Positions 39,630 through 53,278 of a stretch of 64,000 bases of DNA are shown one piece after another; position 1 is the stretch's first letter, and every line of letters begins with the position of its first letter. Source of the stretch: Paragordius varius (Eukaryota; Animalia; Nematomorpha); assembly GCA_964247055.1 (NCBI GenBank), contig OZ176059.1, positions 3,472,001 through 3,536,000 of the forward strand, written 5' to 3'. A program made the translations under genes and the position numbers. The notes under the pieces were generated by a model. The model was not told the origin of the DNA, did not search any database, and saw nothing but the letters and a program-made list of their open reading frames with translations.

Positions 39630-40084
39630 TATAATTTAACTGTAAATAGATGGCTTATAAACTTTCGAATTTTTAATTAAGAATGAAAAATTTATCAGTA
39701 AAGTGCATAATACATTTTTTAGCGCAAATATATTTTAAAAAAATTAGAGATTAATTAACTTTGGATATGGTATAAAATGATTGATATTATTGGGTTCTTA
39801 CGTTTGCTTTTTGTACACCCGTTTTTTCCTGAATTAAAATTTTTGCCTATAATACTGTGAGAAAAAATTTAACATATTTTTTAATCATTATTCTCACATT
39901 TTAGTGTAATAAATTAACACCACAAGTCTAGATTATTTTAGTAATAATTTTTTATTGGATATATATAAGTAGCGTTGAATTTTATGGCCACAAAAAATTT
40001 TATCATGTTTCGAATAAAGTTCATGTTTTATTTATATTATGCACGTGATGTAATTTTCTAATTTCAATAAAAATTTAAATTGTA

Positions 40085-40332
40085 CGGACAAAACGTAAAA
40101 ATATAAAAAGAAATTTTTTTTTCTAAAAGACAATAATACTTTTCAAGCCTAAATTATCCTATTAATATGATTTAATTACAATTTTATAACATAAATTTGT
40201 TTAATCAATTTACATCTTTATTTCCTACTTTATAATTCGAAAGAATGAGTTATCATTATAAAAATTAAAATTTAAAATGTATGTTGTCTTTAAGAAAAAA
40301 ATAATTGTCTATATATTTTTACGTTTCGTCCG
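40085..40332. mobile_element. MITE family 1
   Basis: ta-cggacaaaacgtaaaaatata ... tatatttttacgtttcgtccg-ta. Confidence 0.8.
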
Positions 40333-41250
40333 TATAATTTCAATTTTTACTAACATCAGGGAAAAAATATCCTGATGAAATATATATTCTCATTATTATA
40401 TCAGTATGTGTTTTGGTTGGGTTTGCGAGTGAAAAGCTATTTGTACTTTTAAATTTTTTTGTTGAGAGTTTAATGCCTTATATCAAAAATATCACTAAAA
40501 TATATTAAAAAGTACACATAAAAAGCAAAACACTACTTTTGAAAGATGTAAAATTACAGATTGGATAAGTCTGATATGGGTTAGTTTTTTTTAAACAAAC
40601 GCAAAAAACTTTTTGCTTTACAAATTTTTCTAAAAAATAAATCTTTGTTAAAAATAGCAATATTGCATAATAATTAATTGTATTTTACGGTAATATAAGA
40701 TATGATGGCAATGTATTTTATCATATCAAGATTTGATTAAAGGTTTAGTTGCTTTTAAATTTAGGAAAATATTATAATATACAATTTATTATTGGTTTTC
40801 TAATAGCTTAGAGCCTATGTTGTCCGTAATGCTTCAAATTATCATGAAATAGGCTTTGACAAAAAATATTTAAAACAAAGTATCCAATTTTTATTATTTT
40901 TTAATGTTATAATCTGTGATATATTAATAACTTTCGCCAAATCTCGGGGCACAGAAATAACAAAGGATCAATGGAACTGTTAAAAACTTTTGAAGTGATT
41001 AAAAAAGACCCTTAAAGTGCAAATGGTATATTTGAATTTAGTTGTGTAATAATAAATTTGTTAATTGAAATATTATATACAGACAAAAATTTATATTGTC
41101 TATGAGAAAGCTAATAGCCGCTACGCAACCAGTTGCTAACATACACGGGATATAGTAAGACTGCAATATTATATATTTGAATTAATAATAATTAATAATA
41201 TGTACAATTTTTATTCCTGATTTTCCTAAATAAAATTCATTGATTTAAAC

Positions 41251-41264
41251 CAGTGGTTCCCAAC
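41251..41264. mobile_element. hAT-type left TIR (partner not found)
   Basis: CAGTGGTTCCCAAC is a typical Charlie-type terminus. Confidence 0.45.
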
Positions 41265-41823
41265 TATTTTTTATTCACCCTCCCCCCCAAAAAAAACATT
41301 TACTACCCCCCCCTTCGCGAAATAGATAAAAATGCAAAATTTATTTTAAATATTAAATCATGATATATGAGTACCTTGCCTCAATTATGAAAATTTTATT
41401 TTATATCGACAATTGATAATTTTGATATCCTGATTAATCAATTTGTGTGAATTTAAACTAAGACTGATCCTGTTCAGCATTAAGTTGATTCAAAAGGTAT
41501 TAAAATATATAGAACAGTTTGAGAAAATTTGTAAGACATATACAAGCTTTTATTCAAAATTTCTCGATATTAAAATTAGTAAAATAATTTTTATAGTTGA
41601 ATTCTATTTCAACTAATGACCTCTTTCACTTCTATTAGAAAAATGTTAACATCTTTAAATGGATTAACTGATAATAATGACTAAGAATTACACGTGTTTA
41701 TTTGTGTAAAAACAAGCAACGGGCATTAGAAATAAAAATACAGTAAAAAATCATATTATATGGAAGCACCATAAAAAATACAAATTTTTTTAACCATATT
41801 TACCAAATCCTTATATCCTATAT

Positions 41824-43942
41824 CACAGTGTGCAACAAATTAACTCAAGATATCATACCTAGCTTAATATAACCCTTGTGACATATACATCCTAAAAATA
41901 TAAGGATAAAAAAAATTGTCAATGCAGAAAACTTTTTTTTTCACTTTTTCCATATATGAATATATTCGGAAAAAATCAATTTATTTGCATAATACTTGAT
42001 CAAAAATTATAAAACTTAGATATCATATAAATAATATTAAATAAATATTATTTGCAAATTTTGGCTCAATATGAATGGATAGATTTAAAATAAACGTCAA
42101 TTTATTAAATCCAACTAAATTTAGCCCTTTATATCAGTAACATAAAAAATACTTGATGAAAATCAATATAATATGCGCCAAAATTTAAGTTAAACTTTAT
42201 ATTTTAATATAAATATTACTTATATATAATAAAAAATAAATTTTAACTAAGTTAAAAACTTTTGAAATTTTTTATTTTACTTAAATAAAATTAAATTTTT
42301 TTAATATCAACTGTAATATAATCATATCTAGTGATTACAAATATAACCATATTTTTTTTACCTGGATTTTTGAATTGTACATGATATTGACTGTTGTACC
42401 CTGATATGATGGTATATTTTATAATAATTATAGAAAAATATTGTGGAATTCAGATTACCAAGATATAAAAAACCAATGTAATCCATTGTGAAAATCATAT
42501 TTTTAAGAGAAACTTGCTAATCACAAGCAAACATCCACCAGAAAATTATATTTTGATACATTATGTTTATTGTGTAATAAATCTAATTCATTTAATCTTA
42601 ATCTAAAATTGTTTACTTGTTTTTGGCAAGGTCGCCAAAAATAAAACTTCTCCAAAGATTTCTATTTTTAGTTTTAATGTTGAGTTCAAGAATTGGTTTC
42701 TCTTAAATTACCCATTCTAATGTAAATAAAACTCCTCCATAGATTGCTATTTTTTATGTTGAGTTATGCCGGTATTTAGGCACACAATAATTTTAGGTTA
42801 ATACTTCAAATCAAAAATGTAAAATTTAAAAAAATCTTCTGAATACGGCCAGTTTTTTCTTGAATTATTTTTTAAAAAACGGTTTATAGCAAAAGAAAGT
42901 GTTAAGGAAGTGTACATCAGTTGTACCAAAACTTCGGCTCTAAAAGCTTATTTATGGCCCTGAATTATCAATTAAATTTTATATACTTATTTTAAATAAA
43001 TGTCTGCAAGTTTTTATAGTTATAGTATGTGCACGGTTCATGAGACAAGATTTTGCAGCCCTTTTAGTTTTTTGTTAAGTACCATTTCTTTAAATTCTTA
43101 TATTTAAATCTATTAAAAGGTGTTCAAAAACAAGTAAATTTTTGATTTAGAAAAATATAATATATGTATTAGATTTATTACACAATAAACATAATGAATC
43201 AAAATATAATTTTCTGGTGGATGTTTGCTTGTGATTAGCAAGTTTGTCTTTAAAATATGATTTTCACAATGGATTACATTGGTTTTTCAATGTTATATCT
43301 AAATTCCACAATATTTATCTATAATTATTATAAAATATACTATCATATCAGGGTAAAGCAACAGTCAATATCATCTACAATTCAAAAATCCAGGTAAAAA
43401 AATTCATATGGTTATATTTATAATCACCAGACATGATTATATTACAGTTGATATTAAAAAAATTTAATTTTATTTTAGTAAAATAAAAAATTTCAAAAAT
43501 TTTTAACCTACTTAAAATATTATTTTTATTATATATAATTAATATTTATATTAACATATAAAGTTAAACTTAAATTTTGGCGCATATTATATTGATTTTC
43601 ATCAAGTATTTTTTATGTTACTAATATAAAGGGCTAAATTTAGTTGGATTTAATAAATTGACGTTTATTTTAAATCTATCCATTCATATTGAGCCAAAAT
43701 TTGCAAAAAATATTTATTTAATATTATTTATATTATATATAAGTTTTATAATTTTTGATCTAGTATTATGCAAATAAATTGATTTTTTCCGAATATATCC
43801 ATATATGGAAAAAGTGAAAAAAAAGTTTTCTACATTGACAATTTTTTATACTTATATTTTTAGGATGTCTATGTCACAACGGTCATATTAAGCTTAATAT
43901 GATATCCTGAGAAAAAAAATACCCCCAATTTTGCACACTGTG
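41824..43942. mobile_element. Foldback-type non-autonomous element with ~800-bp TIRs
   Basis: CACAGTGTGCAA...TTGCACACTGTG; 41824-~42625 is the near-identical reverse complement of ~43125-43942, with a ~500-bp spacer. Confidence 0.9.
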
Positions 43943-43959
43943 TAATAATATGTTATGCT

Positions 43960-44520
43960 TAATATCATAAAAGTAAAAAGGTGAGCATTTATACCTTGTA
44001 AACAAATAATAATTTAAACACAGTTCGCTTTTACCCCTATGATAAATGTTTTAATAAAATATACAAATATGCCATCTATTTTATTAAATAGATGGCTCTA
44101 CTATTTTCGAAATACCATGCTAATTAGTTTATAGGCTTGTTTGTTATTTGAATTGTTACTCGTTTTTTCAATTATTACTGTGGGTATAAAAACACTTTAA
44201 GTTATTTAAAAAACCTTTTTATATAAATTTTGATAAACCTTTGGAACGCTTCAGAATTGGAATTAGAAAAATTCGTTTGCTTCCAAATTTTTGAGATTGT
44301 AAAAAATTTATATTTAACTTGGAAACAAACAGATCTTCTAATTGAAGTTCTGAGGAGAGAGAAATGTTTATCATCCTCGAATTTTTTGGAAAAAGTATTT
44401 TTTAATATTTTAAAGCACTTTTATACTGTTTTCATTATAAATTGTATCAAGTACGCTTCAAAAATGCTAAATATTAAATTTTTTATTGCCTATATTTTTT
44501 TATATTTTAAAAAATGAAAT
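43960..44520 (-). repeat. Long repeat unit, inverted block Z
   Basis: atttataccttgt, gccatctattt, gggtataaaaacacttt, ttttatactgttttc and aagtacgcttca are colinear with 10530-11040. Confidence 0.85.
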
Positions 44521-44561
44521 ACGTTTAAAATTAATATGATATTATTATCTGGGGACGGCAA

Positions 44562-45385
44562 TGTAAAGTATATATTGTATATCACAAGAACAACGCGTTA
44601 TATCATGATCTATATATATATATATATATATATATCTAAGATAATTAGGTTTAATGTATTCACATATATCAAGGTGAGATGTTTGCTTATATACAATTAT
44701 CTCAAGGTATAATAATAATATTCACAAGTGGTGGGGAGGTTATAATAATATAATAACAATAACAGATAAGTTAATAGGTTAATGTACTGATATATAACGA
44801 ATGTTGTGTGTTTAACCTAATCGTGTAATAACAGGTCTATTCAAATTAGCCTGTCAGTTACACTCGAACATCACTTCCCCCCTCCCCCCCTCTAACGAAA
44901 GCGGGCAGGTTTCTGCCGACTTCTTGTCGGGTACCGCCGTCCTTGTGTTTTAGCGGGGGAGTAGATAGTCTCAGGTTTCTGGGTATTATCATTATTTGGA
45001 CTTTCGGCTGTCGGAGTAATTGGTTCGATTTCGTCCCCTGAATTGATCGTGTTTGGTTGCGTTTCAGCGATTGTTCCATCATCCGTGGCAGTGGTTACCT
45101 CCTCCTCATTTGTGTTGCTGGCAGTGGTCGGCTGTGGTTGTGGTTGTTGTACTATTTGGTCAGCGTGTTTCCTCACAACTTTGTCTCGGTCCTTGTCCCA
45201 TACCTTGTATGAAAATAACCCTGTGCGGTCCGTAATCTCTCCGGCGCGCCACCCTGGACTTAATTCATTTTTAATCATTACCTGGTCATTAATGGCAAAC
45301 TGCCGTCGGGGGGCCGGTGCATCTAACAACCTCTCCCTACTATTTAACCAGGTTAAGGGCGTATGGGGGGTACGCTTAAACATTA
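44562..45385 (-). mobile_element. Gypsy/Ty3 LTR retrotransposon 3' fragment: integrase C-terminus, PPT and 3' LTR
   Basis: ORF 44892-45383 RRQFAINDQV...WRAGEI...GLFSYKV...RKHADQI...RYPTRSRQKPAR; purine tract 44874-44893; LTR TGATGT...TTTACA at 44873-44562. Confidence 0.85.
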
Positions 45386-45399
45386 TAAAAAACGATTAG

Positions 45400-47350
45400 A
45401 ACTAAATTTAGATAATAAAACAATCATTTTATAAAATTCAAATTTAACACCACTTTTCAATTCAAAGCGTCATATTTATTACGAAATATATTTTTGCGCA
45501 AATTTCGCTGTAAAAAAATATATTAATCAGCTTGGTGAGAAATCCTAAAAATCGGTTTTATTCATATTAAAGTAATAGTTTAAGGGAGGGGGTCAACACA
45601 AATGGCTTTGGGGGCCGCATTTTTTTAAAAATTACGACAAGCCGCATTTGGAATATATACCATTTAGAGTTTAAAAACGGTATAAAAACGCTCTAAGATA
45701 TACAAAAACTTTTTCTATATAAATCAAAAGTGAAAAACATTTTGACGGTTAATAATATTAAAAAACTTTGTTTGCTTTCAATTTAGGATTGTTAAAAAAT
45801 TTATATTTAACTGAACAGATCTTTAATCGAAGTTCTTAAGAAATGTTTATCATTGAATTATTTGGAAAAATTGTTTTTATAATATCTTTAAACACTTGTT
45901 TCTATAAAGTTCGCTTCAATGAATAAAATTAGATTTTTAAAAAAAGTTTGGTTATGAATATTTTTAGTAGCAAAATTAAACACCTTTTGAAAATTTTTAT
46001 CGCGCAATCCAGGCATTTTCGCGGGTTTTAAAAATCGTAACTCAAATTTAGTCTGGGGTATTTAGATACCCCAATTTGAATCGAAGTGTTAAGTGTAATG
46101 CTAGCCAAAAATTAAAATCATTTATTGAAAATTTTCCTAACAAAGAATAAAGTAAACTTACCTATATTTGTATTAAATTAATGGCGATATATAATTTAAT
46201 TTAAATCAAAAGCGAAACTAATCCCACAATTATGCATATTAATAATATGAATATTTTTGCAATATAAAGATTATTAATGTAAATATATATAGTATTTTAT
46301 TTGCCATCTATTTATAAAATCGGAGATATCATTTGTAAATAATAATTTCAAAATCTTCCGTTGTTTGATATTAAGCAGCCAACAAAAGCGAAAACTTAAG
46401 CTTGATTGCAGAAAATATATTTAATTGCTAATTAATGTCGAAATATAGTAAAAATTTCAATTATATATAACAAAACGTAGGATAAATATTTTTTAAAAGA
46501 ATTAAATACATAATACCAATTTAAATTAGGAGTTATATTTAAAAATCAGGTTTAAAAAAGTACAGCGGTCATATGAAATACATCTCTTTACACTTTCGAG
46601 TTTTGCCCGTATATAATTTTTTATAAGATATTATTATGGGTTAGATTATATCTGGATATATTTGATATTTCTCATATATTGTCTCTATGTTTTTGTTTAT
46701 AGTAAATAAATATTCATAATTTTTTATTTTTAATGCTATACTTAATAGTGTAAATATATAAAATTTACCTTTATCGCCAAAATGATTTCTAAATTATTTT
46801 ATTTATTTGAATATAAAGTTTAATGGAAATATTTTATAGTTTTAGTTTTTTGCTTAACGGTTTTTTTTAAACAAGGAAACCTAATCTTCTGAAAGATTTA
46901 AGCTGTTATTTATTTACATTGAAAAAGCGTGGCTTGCAGATTAAACCGTAGAGACTATTTGTTATATCAATATCAAACTTAGAGTATATCAGTACCCACT
47001 TTATTGTTGGCCACTTCACATTATTTTGGCCGATTTGCAATACAGTAACGTGTGAGTAAAAAATAACAACGGTGTGAAATAATGAATTTTTTTCTATAAA
47101 TACAACATTAATTTGCTTATTAATTTATGGACAAATTTGATTTAAATCATACGCTAATGTCTTGCTAATTGGCCAAAAATAAAGTGTGTTCTGTATATTT
47201 TTGTTTTAAGTATGCCAATTTCAGAATAGATCGGTTAAATAACGCACCAAATATTTAATTTGCTTAAATAATTTCAGAAGGCAAAACGCTCCCATTAAGT
47301 AATTGAATCTCAATATCTTTAATTAGCATCAATGATAAACTTAAAACAAA
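45400..47350. repeat. Mosaic of long-repeat blocks (e-f plus, Z minus, m-n-l-A plus) with a MITE-1 at ~46466-46609
   Basis: cacaaatggcttt...gacaagccgcatttg; aatcgaagttct; gccatctatttat; aaaaagcgtggc; cagtacccactttattgttggccacttcac. Confidence 0.8.
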
Positions 47351-47425
47351 ATTATATGTGAATTTTTATATGTATTATTTTATGTTATATTTGAATAAGT
47401 GTCATAATTATGTACATTTGGTATT

Positions 47426-47987
47426 CCATTTGCACTTCAATGTCCTAACATTTCATGTTGGTCTTGAACACTCTAAGTTGATCCTTGAATACAAGTTGGT
47501 CCTTTAACATTCCAATTTGGTCCTTTGATGTTTTTGTGTTGTTTTTAACTTCTATCATTCAAATCGTATATCATTCATCTAATGTATTGTTTTTAAACTA
47601 TTTTTCATTATTTATGATAAATTTTAAATCAAAATCTACTATTAATCATTGAAAAACCGTATATTTTTATTAATATCTCAAAATTATTATTGCTATTTAT
47701 AACATTTTAACACGTTATTAAAAAATTCTGGGTTATTAATTAAAATTTTTCATTAAAAAGTTAATAATTTTGTTCAATTGAAAAAAAATATTTTGAAACA
47801 AAAAAGTGGTTTTCAACATAATATTTTTATAATGAATAAATATATAAAAAATAAAGAAGTTATAAATAATTAAATCAAAAAAATAAATGCAAAAATTATG
47901 GTTAAATCAAATTTAAAAATTTTAAGGATCAACTTGAACTGTTCAAGGACCAACTTGAAATGTTCAAGGACCTTGAAGTGCAAATGG
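47426..47987. mobile_element. MITE family 2 (562 bp)
   Basis: ccatttgcacttcaatgtcc ... ggaccttgaagtgcaaatgg-ta, with ~20-bp subrepeats (gttcaaggaccaacttgaa) in both arms. Confidence 0.8.
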
Positions 47988-48469
47988 TATAGTTTACAAA
48001 ACCCGAATAAAAGTATTTCGTATTTTGAACAAAAAATATTTATCCCTAATTTTAACTTTTTTTCTTTATATTTACTGTAAATAGATGGCTTATTTAGTTA
48101 CCGATTAATTTAGATTAAAAATTATTGAATTAGTAACTTTATATTGTATTTATTGTTAATTTCAAATATTTCTCAAATAAAAATGGATATCATTTAACTT
48201 TTTATATGGTATAAATTATTTTATATTATTGGGTTCTTACGTTTGCTTTTTGTACACCCGTTTTTTCCTGAATTCAAATTTTTGCCTAAAATAGTGCTAA
48301 AAAAATTTAATATAATTTTTAATCAATTCATTCTCATATTTTCGCGTTATAAATTATTGCGATATGTCTAGTTTTTTTGGTAATCTTTCTATTAGATATT
48401 TTAGTTAATTCAGATTGCAACGTCCACAAATCCACAACCTGATGTATAGATTATTATGGTGCTTTTGTG

Positions 48470-51400
48470 TTTCCCTCACGAGTGATTTAACATATTTACA
48501 CTTTTGTAGTAAGTGAATATGAAATGGCAAAGTTTGCACACACTTTTACTTTTTTTTGCTAAAACTTGAATATAAAGAGCAAAAAATATTTTCAGAAAAA
48601 TTTTAATTTTTAGATGTGGGTTACGAAAGTCCCAAATTTTTTCGCTTAATATTGAGTACTTAAAATAAACGCAAAAATGCTAGGATTGCGGAATTTAAAA
48701 TATATGTTAAATTATAATGCTAAAAATATTTAAATAATATGCAAAAGTTTTCAAAAATCTAATTAACAAAATGTACATTATACTATTTTTGATGTATGGA
48801 AACAGTATAAAAGTTCTTTAAGATATTATAAAAACACTTTTTCCACATAATTTGATGATGCTAAACATTTCTATCACCTCAAAACTTCGATTAATCTGTT
48901 TCTTTAAGTTAAATATATTTTTTTAATAATCCAAAAAATTTGACAGCAACCAAAATTTTCTAATTAAAATTCTGAACCATTTGATATGTTTATCACCATA
49001 GAATTTTATAGTAAAAAGGTTTATTAATATATCTTAAAGTGTTTTTACCCTTTCGATAAAATTATTTTAAAAAGGGCAACAATTTTTGGACTCATAACAA
49101 AACCTATAAAATCCAAATTTAGCAATTTTATTTTGAAAATAGCAGAGCCATGAAATTAATTAAACAGATGGCATATTTTTTACAGTATAATAAAAATGCA
49201 ATCTATATGGGTTAAAATAAAGTAACAGTGTTTAAAAAAATACTTATTCTTTGCAAGGTATAAATATTCACCTTTTTTTACTTTTATCAAGTTATTTAGC
49301 ATAACATTTTTATCAAATATATATTACTAATCTACCAATATGTCAGTTTATGTCACAAGATATATATTTTCGGGTAAATACAATTAATTAATGTATTATG
49401 ATTATTTAAACTATTTCAATTTTACAAAAACGACTTAAGAAGCCTAATATAACCGGAACTCGCTTCTCTATATACAGCAATCATCATTTTATTTGGAATT
49501 TTTTTGTACTTAAAAAATAAAATAAAACATTTTTACAGTGAAAAATTATTAGTTGATAGAGAAAATGCATTTTTTTAATAAACAACATTCTTTTTATAAT
49601 ATTTAGTGTCGAAATTCCTAACACAGCGCTTTTCAATAAATATTTGCATAATGACTTTTTATAATTTACGTTATTATTCGCGTATAAAAAATTAATAAAC
49701 TTAAATTTTACTTGAGAAACAAATTTGTATAAAAATAAATTGACTAATTTCTTAAAATATACATTTATTTTAAAAAAAGGCAGTTTTATTCGCAAATCTA
49801 TAATTTTTTACAAAATATTATGATTATGCTCCTACTCATTTTTCTGGCTCTTTTATGTCATTAAAAATAATTGACAGCTTTTTTTAAAAAGGTATAATAC
49901 AATTTGTAAAAGATTTAAAACAAATATATTATATAATAAAAATAATATTTTTTAAGAAACATTTGTTAATAAATAATTAACTATTATAAAATCTAAATGA
50001 AAAGTGTAGCTTAATTTTTGCAAGTTTTTATAAAGATTCTAAAAATAATTGAAAAATATAAAGTTAATGTATGGTATTTATTGGTAAAAAAGTATATATT
50101 ATTTCATAAAAATTTATTTTTACCATAAATAATTGAAAAAAAAATTGAAATATATAATGAAACGACAGACGATTTCATTTCTTAATGGTTTTGAATTGTG
50201 TGCTTTCTATTTATTCGAAAAATTATTCAAATTCAATTAAAATATGGGTATTTATACGACTAATTTAAAAATATTATAAATTAAATTATTTTCAAATTAT
50301 TTGTAAATAATTTATTAACTTTTAATTTTAATAATAAAGGCTACTGGAATATATAAGCCATCTTTTTTATGTTTACTATTGTTATGTACAACCTCTTTAA
50401 GTTAATTTAAATAAAATCACTAGGATTGTATAAAAAGATATGTTAGAATGTTAACCCATTAATAACAAATTAGGTGACTGAAAAAATAGTTATTTTGATA
50501 TGCTAAAAACTTAAAACAAAATCTTGATTTTTGGCAAATAATTGTTTCAAATGGCAAAATGTGAAATAGTGATATATAACAATCACTATATTCTACTAGT
50601 GTTACTAATGAGCGTATAGAGGAAAAATTAGTATTCGAAGAAGTCTGGTTGTCTTTTAATTTGTCTTATTATGTTTTATTTGATATTAATTTTTATTTAT
50701 AAAATATGAATTCAACAAATATTTGATCAATTATATAACTAATATTTTCAACACTAATATGCGCGGCATATAATTATATTGAAATAAACAAAAGATAAAT
50801 AAAAAATTTATAATTCCGGATTTATAGAGATACTATAATGAATGACCTGCTATATATTAACAATGAGTATCTGACATAAAATTATTAAATAAATAATAAG
50901 CAATTATAATTTTTTTCAATATATTTTCTTTCATTTAATCTATACCATTATTTATCTATTTAAATTTTTATGATATATTTTGAGTCAATGATTAGCAAAA
51001 ATTAAAAATTATTTATTTAAAGATTTTACTAACGAAGATTAAAGCAAGCTTACTTATTATATTGTGGCTATATATAACTTATTTAAATAGTTCGAGAGCC
51101 ATACCAGTTCGATAATTAAGAATGTAAAAAATTAACAATTAAATATTATTATTAAATTTGATTAAATATTTTATTTCAATATATTTGCCATGCATTTATA
51201 AATTAGCATAAATCCATACTTTAAAATATAAACATTTATCAACCAATAAAAGCCGACTTAATATTAATATAAATTTAATCAAATATTTTCTGATCTTTGT
51301 CTAATTATGTAAGATATTCTTGCAGGTTATATTATATCTGGATATATGTCATTTTCTAATTTTTTATTTCTTTTTTTATGAAAATGTAATATTTTTGGTA

Positions 51401-52150
51401 AATTTGTAGTTTTTTTTAACAGTTCGAAGCGCAAGTAAAGGTTTAAGCTGATAATTACAATAAAAAGCGTGGCACGCCGATTAAACCGTAAAGCCTTTGT
51501 TATATTGAAAAAGAGTATATAAATAAATTCGCTTTATTGTTGCCCACCTCACATTATTTTTGGCCAATCGGTTGTACAGTAATGTGTGAAAAAACAACAA
51601 ACGATGTGAAATAAATATTTTTACCTATAAAATTCCAACATGATATTAATTTATTAAATTATGGAATTTTGTTTTATAAATAATTTAAATAAATAACTTT
51701 ATTTACGAAATTAGTATATTTATTTGAAATTTATTTTTTTATAAGTTATGGACTTTTTTTATATTATACGCTACTGTATAGCTAATGGGTCAACATCAAA
51801 GTGAGTACTGTACAGTAATTGAAAATATACGGACAAAACGTAATAATAAAAAAAACTAAAACAATCATACATTAAATTTTTTATTATAATTATTTTCAAA
51901 TTGGATAAAACATAATTGATTGTGTTACGAATTTAACTTTATAATCTGCTGTGTAAAACAATCAGTCAATTAAGAAAATCAAGATATTATAGTTATGGTT
52001 ATTTGTAAGAAATAATTGTCTTTATATTTTTACATTTTGTCGGTATAATTTCGATTTTTACTGTAATTCATTTTTTATCTACAAAAGAAAACTCCAAAAC
52101 AAAGCGATCAAATAGCATTTATTTTATTAACGATGCATTTTGCAATAAAC
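48470..52150 (+). repeat. Long repeat unit, most complete forward copy (blocks Y through A)
   Basis: Contains all marker blocks in order, ending at MITE-1 and the ZNF 3' end. Confidence 0.9.
51830..52043. mobile_element. MITE family 1, left of ZNF copy D
   Basis: ta-cggacaaaacgt ... acattttgtcgg-ta. Confidence 0.75.
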
Positions 52151-52250
52151 GTCTCATAAATTATATATCTCAATATGTTTGCGAAGTGGATATTTAAACA
52201 AAATTATATTTAATGCTACATAAAATATTATATGATGTTGAATAAAGTGT

Positions 52251-53069
52251 TCAATTATGTACATTTTTAATATGCTTGGCAAGATTGCTTTTTTCGGTAT
52301 ATTCCTTTTTACAAATCGGACATTCATGTTTAATTTTTTCGTGAACAGCATGCATGTGTGTTGCAAGAGAGCCTTTATGAGAAAAAATTTAGTTTTACAT
52401 ATCGGACATTGGTGTTTAATTTTCTCATGAACCGACTTAATGTGCTCAGTAAGAGAGCTTTTTTGAGAAAACATTTTCGAACAAATTTTGCACGGATATT
52501 TCACTTGTTCATGAATGGAACGAATATGTCTGGCTAAAATATGTTTATTTTTATAAATTTTATCACATTACATCGATACTCATTCTCTAATTTTTGAGTG
52601 TTTAAGGACTCACTAGGTTTTCCATTATTAATGTTATCATTAAATAAATTGTTAATATGATTCATGCTTATATAATTGGAATCTATATTTCGGCATACAG
52701 AAGTAATTTGTTTTATACTTTTTGGTGGTTTTTTCAGCGAAAGATCTAAAGGTTCCGTCTGTTCTCCTACCAAATCAATAATTAGGGTATCTTTGTTGGT
52801 TTTGGTATCATTTTTATTTTCATAGTCTAAATTATTATTTTGTTGAGTATTTTCGCTTTTATGTTCCCTTAAATAACAAAGGTTATGGAAAGAAGCGTTG
52901 AGAATTCTTCGTAAATCATCGTTTGTAAAATCTTCATTTTCCAATAAATTAATAAATGATGTCGGTTTAGATGGATCATCAATATATGTTTCTTGTTGAT
53001 TTTTAAGTTCTACTTTATAAAGTTTAGTATCGAGATCACACCAAAGTTTGTAGGTCGAATCGCCAAAAT
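52251..53069 (-). pseudogene. C2H2 zinc-finger gene with PLDLS motif, copy D (two frameshifts)
   Basis: DFGDSTYKLWCDLD...TEPLDLSLKK...; fingers CDKIYKNKHILARHIRSIH, CKICSKMFSQKSSLTEHIKSVH, CPICK..FSHKGSLATHMHAVH and CPICKKEYTEKSNLAKHIKNVH; TGA at 52251. Confidence 0.9.
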
Positions 53070-53278
53070 CTAAAATATATGTTTCATTTAATTATAAAAA
53101 ATAATTTATAAATGATGAAAAATCTACACTGTTCAAGAAAATGGTTTGAAAGTTAATAGACATAATTATAAATGATTATATAAATAATGATTAACTTTGC
53201 TAATATGAACTGTAATTAAACTTATTAAAAAACTAAATTAAATTATTTTTTCTTAATACGGTAAAAATTAATATTATA

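Noticed and set aside
44545-44561. ttgccgtcccca after the Gypsy LTR as a primer-binding site (tandem elements)
   Set aside because: It lacks the canonical TGG start, matches no tRNA end I can identify, and no gag sequence follows.
47430-47990. Short iterated repeats as a CRISPR-like array
   Set aside because: There are no unique spacers, the repeats are inverted MITE subrepeats, and the context is eukaryotic.
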